From Spizellomyces punctatus DAOM BR117 (taxonomy: Eukaryota), in the NCBI GenBank assembly GCA_000182565.2, contig KQ257464.1: 64,000 nt of DNA. One strand, 5' to 3'. Shown one piece after another: positions 1 through 11,096 of this stretch. Every line of letters starts with the position of its first letter. The first letter of the stretch is position 1. The translations under genes and the position numbers were made by a program. The notes below the pieces were generated by a model. That model was not told the origin of the DNA. It did not search any database and worked only from the letters and a program-made list of their open reading frames with translations.

Positions 1-2950
1 CATTAAAATCAAACAACTTTTCCAATTCTTGGTCAACTTCCATTTCTGCTTTGTCTTTGAGTGGGTTTTCATTGTCTTGATCGGTACTCAGGGACAAGTT
101 CGTAGTAGGATATGCGTCGAGGACCACTCGCATTGCATCCGAAAAGCATCTGAGAAAGAATCTGATTAATTGGTAAGAAACCACGATGAAATGCCAGAGT
201 TCGTCCCTACTCTGAAGGCGAATCATCCCGCTTATGACGTCTGGAAAAGCAATTAAAACCCTTTCTTTGTCCAAATATCAAAATGCCCGCCAAACACATA
301 CTTTGACCCTACTCCCGGTTCACTCGAAGAAGGAAATATAGGTAGCTCTAAACAGGATTCGAACAAATCATATCAACATCCAGAGTAATCTCTTCCACCT
401 GCATCTCCATACGAAAAAGTACCTATCTGGGTAATCTTCCGTGCTCTTTTTCGACTAGTATTTTCCAAGGCAGCATACTCATGCTCATGTTCAGATTGAA
501 TCCAGTGTCCTGCCACTTGTCTGGCACTTTGCTGACTTTGAAAGTCCTCTAGGATGCTCTGTAGGTGGACTCTATCCTCCTGGGACGCTAAAGATTCTGT
601 GAACAGGTTGAGCTCAATTGATGAATCTGGCTATTGTGCAGTCTCTGAGTGACAGCCCACCGTGCAGAACTTTCTCCAAACCAGGCACTCTTTGGTCTCT
701 TCCCTCATCTTCCTCATTTTCCTTCAATTCCATCAATGGATCAATCTGTCGAATTCCTTCGACCAATGCGTTAAAGGGTGCATCACTCTCCAGCGAATCT
801 TCCGGCGGAGGAGTTTTGTTGCCAGCACGTTGGAGAAAGACTATTCGAGAGATCTCTTCAGGGTCATGGCGATTAGCAAAGATGGGGGATTCAAGACATG
901 TCATTTTTCGGGGCTGGCAAATGGTGAATATTCGGTCTCTATGACGTATTCCGCTTGCGCACTTACCGTACGGCAAAGCATCTCTTCAACTGCACGACGC
1001 ATCCCCTTCGCGCTGCATTCTCCATCCCCAGTATCAGAGACGCCAATATCGCTCGAAGTAGGCAAAACTTCTAGGAGAATATCAACCGCATCTCTTGTAG
1101 CGATAAATCCCTCGTTCCTATTCTGGAATGAGCGACGCGCCATAGCTAGAGCTTGAAAGATTAGACCTACAAGAGCAATTCTGTGCTGCTTCGTCCAACG
1201 AAGTCGTTGGTTTCAGGTATCCGCAAAAGAGGGAGCTTGGCGGACACATCCTTCAGAGATGGTGAAGGTTTGAACAATGGATAGGCGGAGGTCCCAGTGG
1301 TCTTTGCTGGTAGGATGGGCTCTTCGAGTTTGGAAAGCTTCCGTCGTCCATCCAACATGGTACCCCCTTCCCCTGCTTATTACAAACGACCTTCAGTCAC
1401 ATGTCACAAGAGTATCTTGAAACTCTACCTTTGATAGTCCTGACCAGAGCACAGTCCGCCTCCTCTTGCCACTGTCCACGAGCAATCTCCTCTAATATCG
1501 CCATATGCCCCACAAATACAACACCATCTCCTTCCTTCCGAAACATGGTTTCGTCCATCGCCCATTCCTCGTCAAGAAGGTCGTCGAGGATATCTCCCAC
1601 CTCTACATCTTCGCGTTCCAAGCCCAGGGATATTGCAAGCGCATTCAACGTCGGTAAAAGGCTTTCTGTGTCATACTCAGTATTGGGAAAGGGCGCCGCT
1701 GAGCCTCTCAGAGTACGCTGGAAGAAGTCCTCTTCCCAACCTGTGGGCATCATCAGGATTCAATTGGTTGCGGAGAGAACACAGAGCTTTGGAATTGACG
1801 CCAACCTTGATCAAAATCCAGCAGATCTTGTAACTCATTGACGACATCTTTCCTCCAGCTGTCATCTTCGTTGGGATCTATGTACAATTCCATATCGAGG
1901 GTCGTCCGTTTGGTGGGAAGTTGGCGAGCAGCTGCAAGATCAGATCGGATGTGTCATCCAATATACCCATTTTTGGATGTAATGAATCACTGTATCTCAC
2001 GTGGTCAAAACAGCTCCATGACAACAAGAAGCAAATACAAGCTGTCGAGTGAGAAACTCTCCAAACTTCAAGTTATCAATGCAGTCTTATCTGGATGACA
2101 CTGTTATTAGACTGTCTTGTCCTAAACTGACTGCGGAGAGCGAACGATAAACTTCCCAACTGCAGACTCTCTCGCTGTTGTAGGTCTCTTGGGATCTTCA
2201 GGTTGGCGAGATGAGTTTGAGTTGGGTGGACAGAATGTGTTGAGACTGGGACGGGCCCGCCATAGGGTTTAGTTATCAACACTTTTCTCTGCCATCATTC
2301 TTTCTTGCCAAAATACTACATTTTCCTTTCACATAAAGCCTTCTCTTACCCAGCAACCTCCCCCTTGAGGTGTTAATTGTTTTTCTTATGAACCTCCTCA
2401 GCAATCGGTGTCCCCCCTCACCTCTGCAAGCAACCATGCCTCCAAAGCTCTCGCTAGACTTCTCTCGAGTGGATACACGCTCCTCTGCATAAAAAAAGTT
2501 GATTCACTGCGCATTCAGCGACTTTTTTGACCGCTGGAAAAAGGTCATCCTCGGTATGGGCGACAGAGGGATCGTTGAATCGGTCTCTTACGAGGCTATC
2601 CGTGCCCGTTTGTAGATTGCCACGCGTGATGTGGAAGAGTTCATCCACGTCAAGCAAGTTTTTGTCTTCACCAAGCGCAGGGAAGAGTGTTTCGGCTTGA
2701 TGAACGGGACGTATTCGAACTGTCAAAACGGGCACGTCTCACTGTAAATTGTATGATCTTCCCACACTATGTAGACAGCAAAGATGGAATGCCTTCTGCG
2801 ACTGGGTTTTTGCAATGTCATCGATACAATTCTTCCTGCAAGCATTGTCCTCACCACAATTCTAATGGTGAAAACACACTGGAGAAATGTTATGAGAACG
2901 CTTTCGCTGGATTTTGATCTCAACCCCAAGGCCCCATCGGATCGAGGTTG
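1..2950 (-). pseudogene. Degraded or frameshifted intron-containing gene of unknown family (runs off the left edge)
   Basis: Successive acidic, protein-like minus-strand segments (DMELYIDPNEDDSWRKDVVNELQDLL; MPTGWEEDFFQRTL...DEEWAMDETMF; RIALVGLIFQALAMARRSF; IELNLFTESLASQEDRVHLQSILEDF) join only through several frameshifts (~1890, ~1755, ~1212, ~905, ~615). GT..AG intron-like segments are present. No family recognised; assembly errors cannot be excluded. Confidence 0.5.
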
Positions 2951-2952
2951 AC

Positions 2953-3038
2953 ACCTAGCTAGTAAAACCACTGAGTTGAAGATGCGCGTGATTTCCTAGG
3001 ACGATGGGTTGTTGGAATAAGATAGATTTGTGGATAGC
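2953..3038 (+). repeat. Duplicate of the 3' end and stop region of the HD gene (4415-4499)
   Basis: acctagctagtaaaac..gagttgaagatgcgcgtgatttcctaggacgatggg..gtggatagc occurs at both sites; about 7 mismatches plus 1 gap in 86 nt by eye. Confidence 0.9.
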
Positions 3039-3049
3039 TCAACCTGTAT

Positions 3050-3166
3050 TTTTCCTACTCATTTTATAGGGGCGCTGGTGCATTTAGTATCGTGTACAAA
3101 GCAATTGATACCAAAACAAATTATTTGGTCGCACTCAAACTCATGTTGGTGGACAACGATGCATAA
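3050..3166 (+). pseudogene. Orphan Ser/Thr protein-kinase exon fragment (subdomains I-II)
   Basis: After a pyrimidine-rich acceptor (ttttatag) it reads GAGAFSIVYKAIDTKTNYLVALKLMLVDNDA*, i.e. a Gly-rich loop GxGxF(S)xVYKA plus VALK; no other kinase exons nearby. Confidence 0.75.
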
Positions 3167-3278
3167 ATCAACTCTGCAGGTTTGTAAAGTACAATATTAC
3201 TTTGTTTAATCACAAAAAAACAAAACAAAACAACAATATAGTCTAAGCATGGGGATGGGTAGTACCTCCATCACACCA
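3150..3278 (+). repeat. Copy of 10888-11014 (3' UTR/downstream region of the DPBB-LysM gene)
   Basis: About 129 nt with ~8 mismatches and a 2-nt gap, including tttgtaaagtacaatattactttgtttaatcacaaaaa..caaaacaaaacaacaatatagtctaagcat. Confidence 0.92.
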
Positions 3279-3444
3279 GATGCCCCGTCCCTTAGCTAAA
3301 ATGGTTGCTTCCGTAACAATGCGCTCGGAGCCAACCTCCGTCCCCGGGAGCGGGAAGCATGATGGACGGCAGGCTTGATGAAGCTCTGCTGCGTCACGTG
3401 CGATGACAGCATCAGAACACCCCCTAGAGTAGAGTGATCGCAAG

Positions 3445-4461
3445 ATGCACCGGTCGCAAACGATCACGAGGAGCGACGATGGCTCGCTCACCGTAGTAGA
3501 TGGCATCCACGGCACGGTCAGAATCACCGAGGATGTCCTCATTCGCCTCATCTACTCCCCGGCCGTCCAGCGTCTAGGGGGTGTGCTTCAGCATGGAATC
3601 ACCGGTTTGCTCGCCATGACGCCGCCAGTCACTCGTTTGGAGCACAGCGTTGGTGCGATGCTTCTTGTCCGCAAACTCGGTGCCAGTTTGAAAGAGCAGA
3701 TTGCCTCTCTTCTTCACGATATCAGCCATACGGCATTGAGCCACGTTGTCGACCATGCGTTTCGCGGAACAGAAAGTTACCACGAGCTGCAGAAAGAGAG
3801 TTATCTGTTGAGCACTGAGCTTCCCGAACTGCTCAAGTCATTCGGCTACGATTGGCGGGACTTCCTCAAGGAGGAGGACTATCCGCTACTGGAGCAAGAC
3901 TCTCCAAAGCTGTGTGCTGATCGTCTGGACTACGGACTGCGTGATTGCTTGGCATTTGATAAATTGAGCGAATCCGAAGTCCAACGAACTCTGGAAAACT
4001 TGAGGGTAGCGGAAAATTGCATTGTATGCTCGGACCCCCAGGTAGCGAGAGTTCTTGCTGAGGCATACATGGCCACCGATCGCGATGTGTACGGAAATCC
4101 GGAGCACATCGGCTTGTATGAACTCGCTGGGGCGGTCATCAAGGATGCTGTGGATCGAGGCTACATTACCAAAGAGCACTTGTGGCTTCAAGATACAGAA
4201 TTCTGGTCAATCTTGTCAGCCATCCCAAACGAAGAGCTTAGTACCAGAATAGGGCTGATTGTTCCGACCACCCGCTTTCAGGAAGTGGTTGATGGAAGTC
4301 ACGATCTTAGTTTCCGCCCTAAGGTTAGGACAATTGATCCAGGAGTAGTGAGGGATGGTGTCACGGTCCCCTTATCGACCATTGATCCAACATATAAGCG
4401 GATACGGGAAGAGTACCTAGCTAGTAAAACAAGGGAGTTGAAGATGCGCGTGATTTCCTAG
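3445..4461 (+). CDS. HD-domain phosphohydrolase, SAMHD1/YdhJ-like (COG1078-type dNTPase family), intronless
   Basis: 338-aa ORF with SPAVQRLGGVLQHG, TRLEHSVGAM, LLHDISHTALSH, YHE, LCADRLDYGLRD and C-terminal KVRTIDP motifs. Confidence 0.88.
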   Translation: MHRSQTITRSDDGSLTVVDGIHGTVRITEDVLIRLIYSPAVQRLGGVLQHGITGLLAMTPPVTRLEHSVGAMLLVRKLGASLKEQIASLLHDISHTALSHVVDHAFRGTESYHELQKESYLLSTELPELLKSFGYDWRDFLKEEDYPLLEQDSPKLCADRLDYGLRDCLAFDKLSESEVQRTLENLRVAENCIVCSDPQVARVLAEAYMATDRDVYGNPEHIGLYELAGAVIKDAVDRGYITKEHLWLQDTEFWSILSAIPNEELSTRIGLIVPTTRFQEVVDGSHDLSFRPKVRTIDPGVVRDGVTVPLSTIDPTYKRIREEYLASKTRELKMRVIS

Positions 4462-4828
4462 GACGATGGGTCGTTGAATACTATAGATTGGTGGATAGCA
4501 CTAGAGGTGAAAGGTGCATCATCAACGCATCGATCTATTATAACATCAGCTTCTTTGGTGGACGCGGCAATGAAGTCACAAAGTCGGGTGACGATTGACA
4601 TCTTTGTTTGGCTGCATTTTCAATATATCATAGGAATACTGCAAACATTGGGTTGGGAGCACAGCCAGGACAAGTACAAGTAGCAAGTCTTTGTTAGGAA
4701 TACATATGTGGGCAGAAAAAAGACTGTCAGTCTGCAGATAGATGTGGCCATTGGATCGAATGAGATGAAATGCAAGATGTCCCTCGATTTAGGCAAATGA
4801 ACTATGGTTCGATGCACAAAAGATGCTC

Positions 4829-4878
4829 AACGGGTCCAATATGTGCGCCCATACTATGAAAACGGGTCCAATATGTGC
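4829..4878 (+). promoter_or_regulatory. Two perfect 18-bp direct repeats (aacgggtccaatatgtgc) containing CCAAT, ~100-145 bp upstream of a TATA box
   Basis: Copies at 4829-4846 and 4861-4878; TATATAAA at 4974-4981. Confidence 0.5.
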
Positions 4879-4973
4879 AGCCATGAACGGGATTGCAATT
4901 ACTATCCCTTTGCGGCCATCTATGAGAGGAATATTCGGCAACTGCATGACTCAATATATTGACTCAGTTTTTC

Positions 4974-5346
4974 TATATAAACCCCCCTCTTCTTCTTCCC
5001 TCTTGTTTCTTTATCCCTCAACTCGCAAGCATCTGCCCAATGCTCTCTCAAAGTCCATCATGAGAATACTGCTCTGGTGTCGAGGACCTCATCCGCCTGA
5101 CAACAACAACATAACCCCTTGCAAATGCCGCTACTACTATATTGCTACGATTGCAGGTATATCCTTATGATTTTTCCCACGCGCGTATTACCCAGTCTAA
5201 TTCTGATTTTATGTAGTATCTGAAACATCCTCCGACTAAGAATTTCGGAATCAAAGGGCGAGTAGGATTTCTCTCGTGGTGGTGGGCGCTAGTTACCCGG
5301 TTAGAACAACCGTAATGTATTGCATGTATAATTCCCTAGTAGTAGT
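4974..5346 (+). repeat. Copy 1 of a ~370-bp dispersed direct repeat (TATA, CT-rich leader, short ORF, intron, hairpin-rich tail)
   Basis: Aligns with 62976-63371. ATG 5060, intron 5157-5216, spliced 39-aa ORF MRILLWCRGPHPPDNNNITPCKCRYYYIATIAVSETSSD*. Confidence 0.9.
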
Positions 5347-6636
5347 TACCAGGATTGATGTAGTCCTTTAGATTTCACGCTCTTACTGTACTCACATCTG
5401 CGATCAGAAATGATCAAAGATGACTACATTATTTGGAGCTTTTCAATACATCAGCTGTGTAATATTGGACCACTATTTCGGTTATGCCTCTTAATGGTTC
5501 AATTATGTTATGTGCCTATGCTGTGTTATAACATATATAACTGGAGCTAAATGGAAATAGTTATTAGACATATTTATTAGATAGTTTTTAGTATGTTACA
5601 GTGGCAAAACTCAAATGCCAGACAGCAGCATGGGCATGGTCGCTCCTCGTGATCGTTTGCAAAGCCATTTGGCAAATGCTTATAATTGTATGAACAGGCA
5701 AAATCATAAATTTCTTGAGATCACACAGCCGTTTTGCGTTTTCTCGTTTTTTGCCCGTTTGCTGATATCAATGCATCGTGAATCGTGATGAGCGTTCATG
5801 GATGCTTGAGCAAGCCATGTTTCTCTCTTTTGCTTCTCCCGCCGTAATTTTTACAATAAAACAAGAAATGTTCCTGCCGCTTTCAATAAAGAAATCGACG
5901 GTCCAAAAAGGTTGCATCAACGACCATGCTGCAAGACGGACATATACGGACACACGCGAACAAAAAACCCACGCGTGTTGCTAATCCGAATCTGGACAAA
6001 AATCAAACGATCTGCGTTTTCACACTTCCAACGTCATTCCACTGAAAAGGAAATCGCATGCGAATTTCGGGAAGCAGCTCGGGGCCTCGTCAAAAACGGG
6101 AACGACGGGGGAAGAAGAAGAAGAAGGGGAGGGAAAAATAAAAAAAGTAAAAGATACACGTGAAGTAGGAGGAGAGCCTTGTCGCTTGTCACCCGATGGG
6201 CGGTTTCTCGCTTTTATTTCCCTCCCATCGTCTTGTTGTGTGTCTCTAGTTTTTGTAAACCTCATCTTGCGCGCTTGCAGGTCATCTCCCCCCATTTCCA
6301 TCTGCGGGTTGTTCTTTCAAAGATTGCAGCGACCATTCACGCGTCTGTCCTTTCGCACCAGACCATCATTGCTGCTCACTGTTCCTCATCTGCAAGCAAA
6401 TGCACACACTCTCTTCTTTCTATTCATACCTCATCTTGCACAACTCCTATTCTCCCTACGACTGATAATTAACATCTGGACAGCTCAGAACGCTGGTTCA
6501 TCAATCATTAATTCCATTTGATTTACTTCTGCATTTATTCGTTCCTCTGTCATTTCCATCGCTTTGTCTGATACAGTTGAAGAACCTCTATTGTCAGCTG
6601 GCAAACTGATTCCCGAGTATAACTAAGAAACTACAC

Positions 6637-9600
6637 ATGTCCCGTGCTCGCTCAGCGACCCCGACGTCGCCCGTTGGACCTCGGAACGGCGATGCGGCGC
6701 GACTTTCTCAGCTATCTGTCGCTACCAGTGGATCAACCTCATCCCTTTTCTCGTCAAGTGACGACGAGGGAGGGCTCGCGACGCGAATGATTCGCATTGC
6801 TGGCGCTGTCTGCTCCAGAGTGGATGGACAGGGCAATCAGCGTGGACAAGCTGTTGAAGGGGAATGTAAGCTGCTGACAGTTGGAATGCCTGGCTTTGAG
6901 ATGGTAGGTTAAAGCAACCTTCCTGTTCTACCAGTATGTACTGGATCTTTAATGCAATCTTTTCTTCCTTACAATTTACTTAGTTATATCTCAACATTGA
7001 CGCATCCATATCGCACCCACTGCTGCCAAGCGCCAAAGTCTATAAAGACGGACCTAACGCATTCGTGTTTCCTCTGGAAGACGGACTCGGATATCATGTC
7101 CAATTTCCCAGGTTCGTAAAGCTTCAAATTACACTTTTTTTTTTTAAAAATAACATGTTGACGATTGTCTTGCATAGTGCATCCAAACGTGAGATTGAGC
7201 GATTTGAGCGGTATCTTCGACGTCGCAATATCCGTGTGTCTAGCAGACGTCGTCCAACTCCCAGGAAGCAAAGCTCCACCCATCCCTCTTCAACGACAGA
7301 CTTGTCTTCATCTGCTACAGCTTCTGTATCCCCTGAACGCCAATCGCAACAGCGGCGAAATGCGCGAAAGGAGAGGCGCCGTAAAGATCTCACACGTGAA
7401 TTGTCTCATGAGCCCCCGCAACGCCGATCGCCAGAGGTGCCTCAGGATTTGATTCCGGAAGTACAACAACCGGCAGCAAGCGAAAGATTATCGGAAGTGA
7501 AGGCTCGTCTTTCACCAAATCGGCTAGAGGGACGGGTTCAGGAAGTGAAAACGCGACAGCAACGGGAACTGTCTCAGGAAAGGCCCAAGGAACAGCTCAC
7601 CAAAGATATCTCCAAAATCGTCCCCCCTCGGAAGGAATCTGTAAAGCTTGGCGGTAGTGGAACATTCTCAGCACTCGAATTAGATTTCGGAAATCCACAA
7701 CCTGCTTCTACATCTGCTGCAAGTGGTAAGGAGAGCCAGGAACGAGTCAACCACGAAAATTCAGAATTGGGCAAATCTGAGAACCTTGGATATGGCCGGG
7801 AGTGGAACTGGCCAGATCATGCAAGCGCTTCAAACAAGTCTTCTATAAGGTCAAAGTCCAAACGTCAGGCGAAGATTCTTGATCTGAACCTCGAGTCTGT
7901 CCACACTTTGATGGAAGCAACCGAGAAAGAGACCAAGAGTCGACGTTGCGCGGCGTGTCCGCCAGATGGTGGCGATAAAGTCAAGTCGCCGACCCGTCAT
8001 GTTGGACACAAATTGGAGCAATCTGCCAAATCGAGAGGATTATCGCGCCGTGTTTCGAGGGAGCCCATGATCGGGTCCGATGCAAGCCTGGAAGCGAAGC
8101 TTCCCGAGCTTGATGCTCAACCGGTACAACAGATTAGTCAGCGCCCTAACGAGAACAAGGAAACGGCTGAACCGCGCCGATCCACTGATTCTGTAACCGA
8201 CCGTATTCAGGCTCTTGCCAGTGAACTCGCCGGGGAGCTTCAAGGGGTTGATGGTGTGCTAGCAAATAAGATACCAAACTCAAGGATCAAGTCAGAAGTC
8301 ACCACATCGGTAAAGACCGAACAGGTCACCATGACCCGTCCGGATGCCGAAGATACCCCTACTCAGACAGCTATAGCCGTTGCAGCCGAGCCTTCACCGG
8401 CCAAAACGGAAGCGACTCCCTCTTTCGAGTCTCAACTTGAGAAGATTGCAGTATCGCCAGCTGCGCGTGATGCGATCAAGTCTGCTGGAACATCGCGAGC
8501 CTCTGATCCTATCAGCCCACTGGTTTTGGATGCTTTAGCAAAGGTATTACAAGCTGGCATGCATACTAGTCCCGTTGCCGAGAAGGAGTCGCCGTTCCAG
8601 AGCACTGAATGGGCGAGTACCACCACTGCTTTTGCTGCCGAGGGTGATACGTCGGTTTCAGGACCTGATGTTCCCCCAAAGGATGTGGAAGAAGTATCTC
8701 TTCCTAATGAACAGGCTCCAATTCCTCCTCCCAAGAACGCAAACTCGGACAGTGAAAACTCTTCCGATGCCGAACTTGACATACGAGGTGAAAATGGCAA
8801 AGTTGAATCGATGAAAGTCCAATGGGAAGATACTATTGGCAGGGGCGATCATCTCAAGGCCAGCAAACGACCGGTGTCGGTTATGTTGACCAAGCTTGCC
8901 AGCAAAAAGTCTCTGCATCTGATGAAAAATCGCTACGAGGCCATCGCTAGTGGAGCTACCCCTGAGGAAATTCCCAACCCACCAGACTACACTGTGGTTC
9001 CGGAAGATGACCTTCTTTCTGTGGAGAGTCCTGAGGAGGTGACGGAAGCTGCCCAAACTGTCCCTGAGGCAATTGCCGACACACCTGCGGCCCCAACGAA
9101 TGAAAAGCCTCGAACAGGCTTGCTTTCATACACCTTCGATTTAGCCCGTTCGGGCACGGACTTTGCACTGTCTACAAGCAAAGCCGCCGTATCGCTTCCT
9201 GTCACCGCCACAAAGGCCATGGTTGGTTTCGGCGTTCAGACAACCAAAGCGGCGGTCGCTCTCCCTGTCACCGCTACAAAAGCAGCGTTCGATATTGGCA
9301 TGCAAACAGGCAAAGCCGCGGTCGCCCTTCCTGGAACTGTTATCACTATGGGTGTTGATACAACCAAGGCTGTTGTCGCAGCTGGAATGGACACGACTGC
9401 TGCTGTTGCGGAGAGGGGGCGTGCTGTTGTAGGATCTGGAATAGAAGTAGGTCGGTCGGTCGCTGACAGAGGAAAGGCGGCAATGAGCTCAGGTGTGGAA
9501 GCCGCCAGAGCACGGCTTCAGAAAGGCGTGGATAACGGTATGATTGTAGCTGGTAAGGGGCGTGCTATCGTCGACTCTGGAACGAACACTGCCATGGAAC

Positions 9601-10646
9601 GTGGCAAGGCGGCTGTGACCTATGGCCTGGATACAACCAAAGCAATGGTGGATTACGGGGTGGGCACAACCAAGGCCGTTGTTTTCAACCCCGTTGACAC
9701 TACCAAAGCCGTTGTTGGATATGGGGTCGAGACAACCAAAGCTGCAACAGGAAAAGTTGTTGATTTTGGTGCGAATGTTATTGATATGGAAGTGCGGGCG
9801 GCGAAAGCTGTGGTTGGATACGGAGTTGATACTACCAAAGCTGTGGTCGACTATGGTGTTGGAACTGGCAAAGCTGTTGTTGGTAGGACGGTTGACACCA
9901 CAAAGGCAGTTGTGGGATTCGGTGCGAGTGTGGTCGATATGGAAGTGAGGGCTGCCAAGGCGGTTGTTGGATATGGGGTTGATACGGGCAAAGCAGTGGT
10001 AGGAAAGACCGTTGACACGACCCGAGCTGTGGTTGATTTCGGAGTGGGTACTGGCAAGGCTGTCATGGACAGGACTGTTGATACTACAAAGGCGGTTGTA
10101 GGATTGGGAGCAAGTGTAGTTGATATGGAAGTTCGGGCTGCAAAGGCAGTAGTCGGATATGGTGTTGACACAACGCGAGCGGTAGTTGACTATGGTGTAG
10201 GAACCGGCAAAGCAGTTGTTGGCAAGACTTACGATACCACCAAAGCGGTGGTTGATTACGGTGTTGGAACAACCAGAGCGGTCGTTGATTACGGAGTCGG
10301 TACTGGTAAAGCAGTCGTCGGCAAAACCTATGACACTACCAAAGCTGTAGTAGATTATGGAGTCGGGACCAGCAAAGCTGTAGTCGATTACGGTGTGGGC
10401 ACTTCTAAAGCCCTCGCCGCCAGAACCATGGATACAACCCGCTCCGCCTTGAACACCACCAGCTCCCTTGTCCGCACCAGCCTAGATTCCACCCGTGCAG
10501 CTGTCAACTACACTGTTGGAACTGGCGAAAGCGTTCTCCGAAGAAGCATAGACTCCACCCGTAGTGTAGCTACCCACAGCCGTGATACCGTCGCCGAACG
10601 ACTTGGGGCTTTTAGAAACAGACTGAGTGTCGCATGGTGGTCATAG
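6637..10646 (+). CDS. 1287-aa putative lipid-droplet protein: spartin/ERD7-like N-terminal PH-like domain, disordered linker with PPxY, and perilipin-4-like 11-mer repeats
   Basis: Exons 6637-6903, 6984-7111 and 7178-10646 (GT-AG introns of 80 and 66 nt, frame-consistent). N-terminus MIRIAGAVCSRVD..EGECKLL..LYLNIDASISHPLLPSAKVYKDGPNAFVFP..GYHVQFPSASKREIERFERYL; PPDY at 8979-8990; repeats GVDTTKAVVDY/GVGTGKAVVGK over ~9130-10620. Confidence 0.75.
9130..10620 (+). repeat. Coding tandem repeats: 33-nt (11-aa) units punctuated by 21-nt (7-aa) units
   Basis: GVDTTKAVVDY-GVGTGKAVVGR-TVDTTKAVVGF-GASVVDM-EVRAAKAVVGY..., with synonymous divergence between units. Confidence 0.9.
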
Positions 10647-11096
10647 ATATATAATAGATAGTTGCGATAGTGACTCTTAATGTAGTGATTGATAGTCGTA
10701 CGTTTAATGGGTCCGTTGTTTTTCCTCATAGTTTACGAATAGCTTTTTTTTTTGGTAAGTCTTATAAATCAATAATAGATATTAATCGTGTTTAATCACT
10801 GAACTCGTATTCTATGTGTGTGTGACAACTCTGGTCAACATCCGCTTGTTCTGTCCGTCCTGCTTATATGATGCAGCCCCAAGGTGCTGGACAGCGATGT
10901 ATAAATCAACTCTGCACGTTTGTAAAGTACAATATTACTTTGTTTAATCACAAAAACAAAACAAAACAACAATATAGTCTAAGCATAAGAATGGGTAGTA
11001 GCTCCATCGCACCACTGCGTTAATATCCCACTACAAATATAACCAGTATCTAAAAAATCACTGCTGGAACGGCCAGCGTCATAAACATCATCTCCC

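Noticed and set aside
2765-2835. Kinesin switch-I-like SRRRHSIFAVYI on the minus strand
   Set aside because: The NxxSSR motif is not intact, the spacing is off, and no P-loop or DLAGSE is nearby.
5159-5166. ATATCCTT as a U12-type donor in repeat copy 1
   Set aside because: Not conserved in copy 2, no TCCTTAAC branch site, and a normal GT-AG intron is shared by both copies.
5217-5330. Hammerhead ribozyme in the repeat tail
   Set aside because: No CUGANGA core suitably placed relative to GAAA on either strand.
7124-10272. Numerous antisense and alternative-frame ORFs in the track (also over other genes)
   Set aside because: They are shadows of real coding or repetitive sequence, many with non-ATG starts, and show no independent motifs.
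9130-10620. 33-nt repeats as a CRISPR array or non-coding satellite
   Set aside because: The repeats are in frame, vary at synonymous sites and have no unique spacers.
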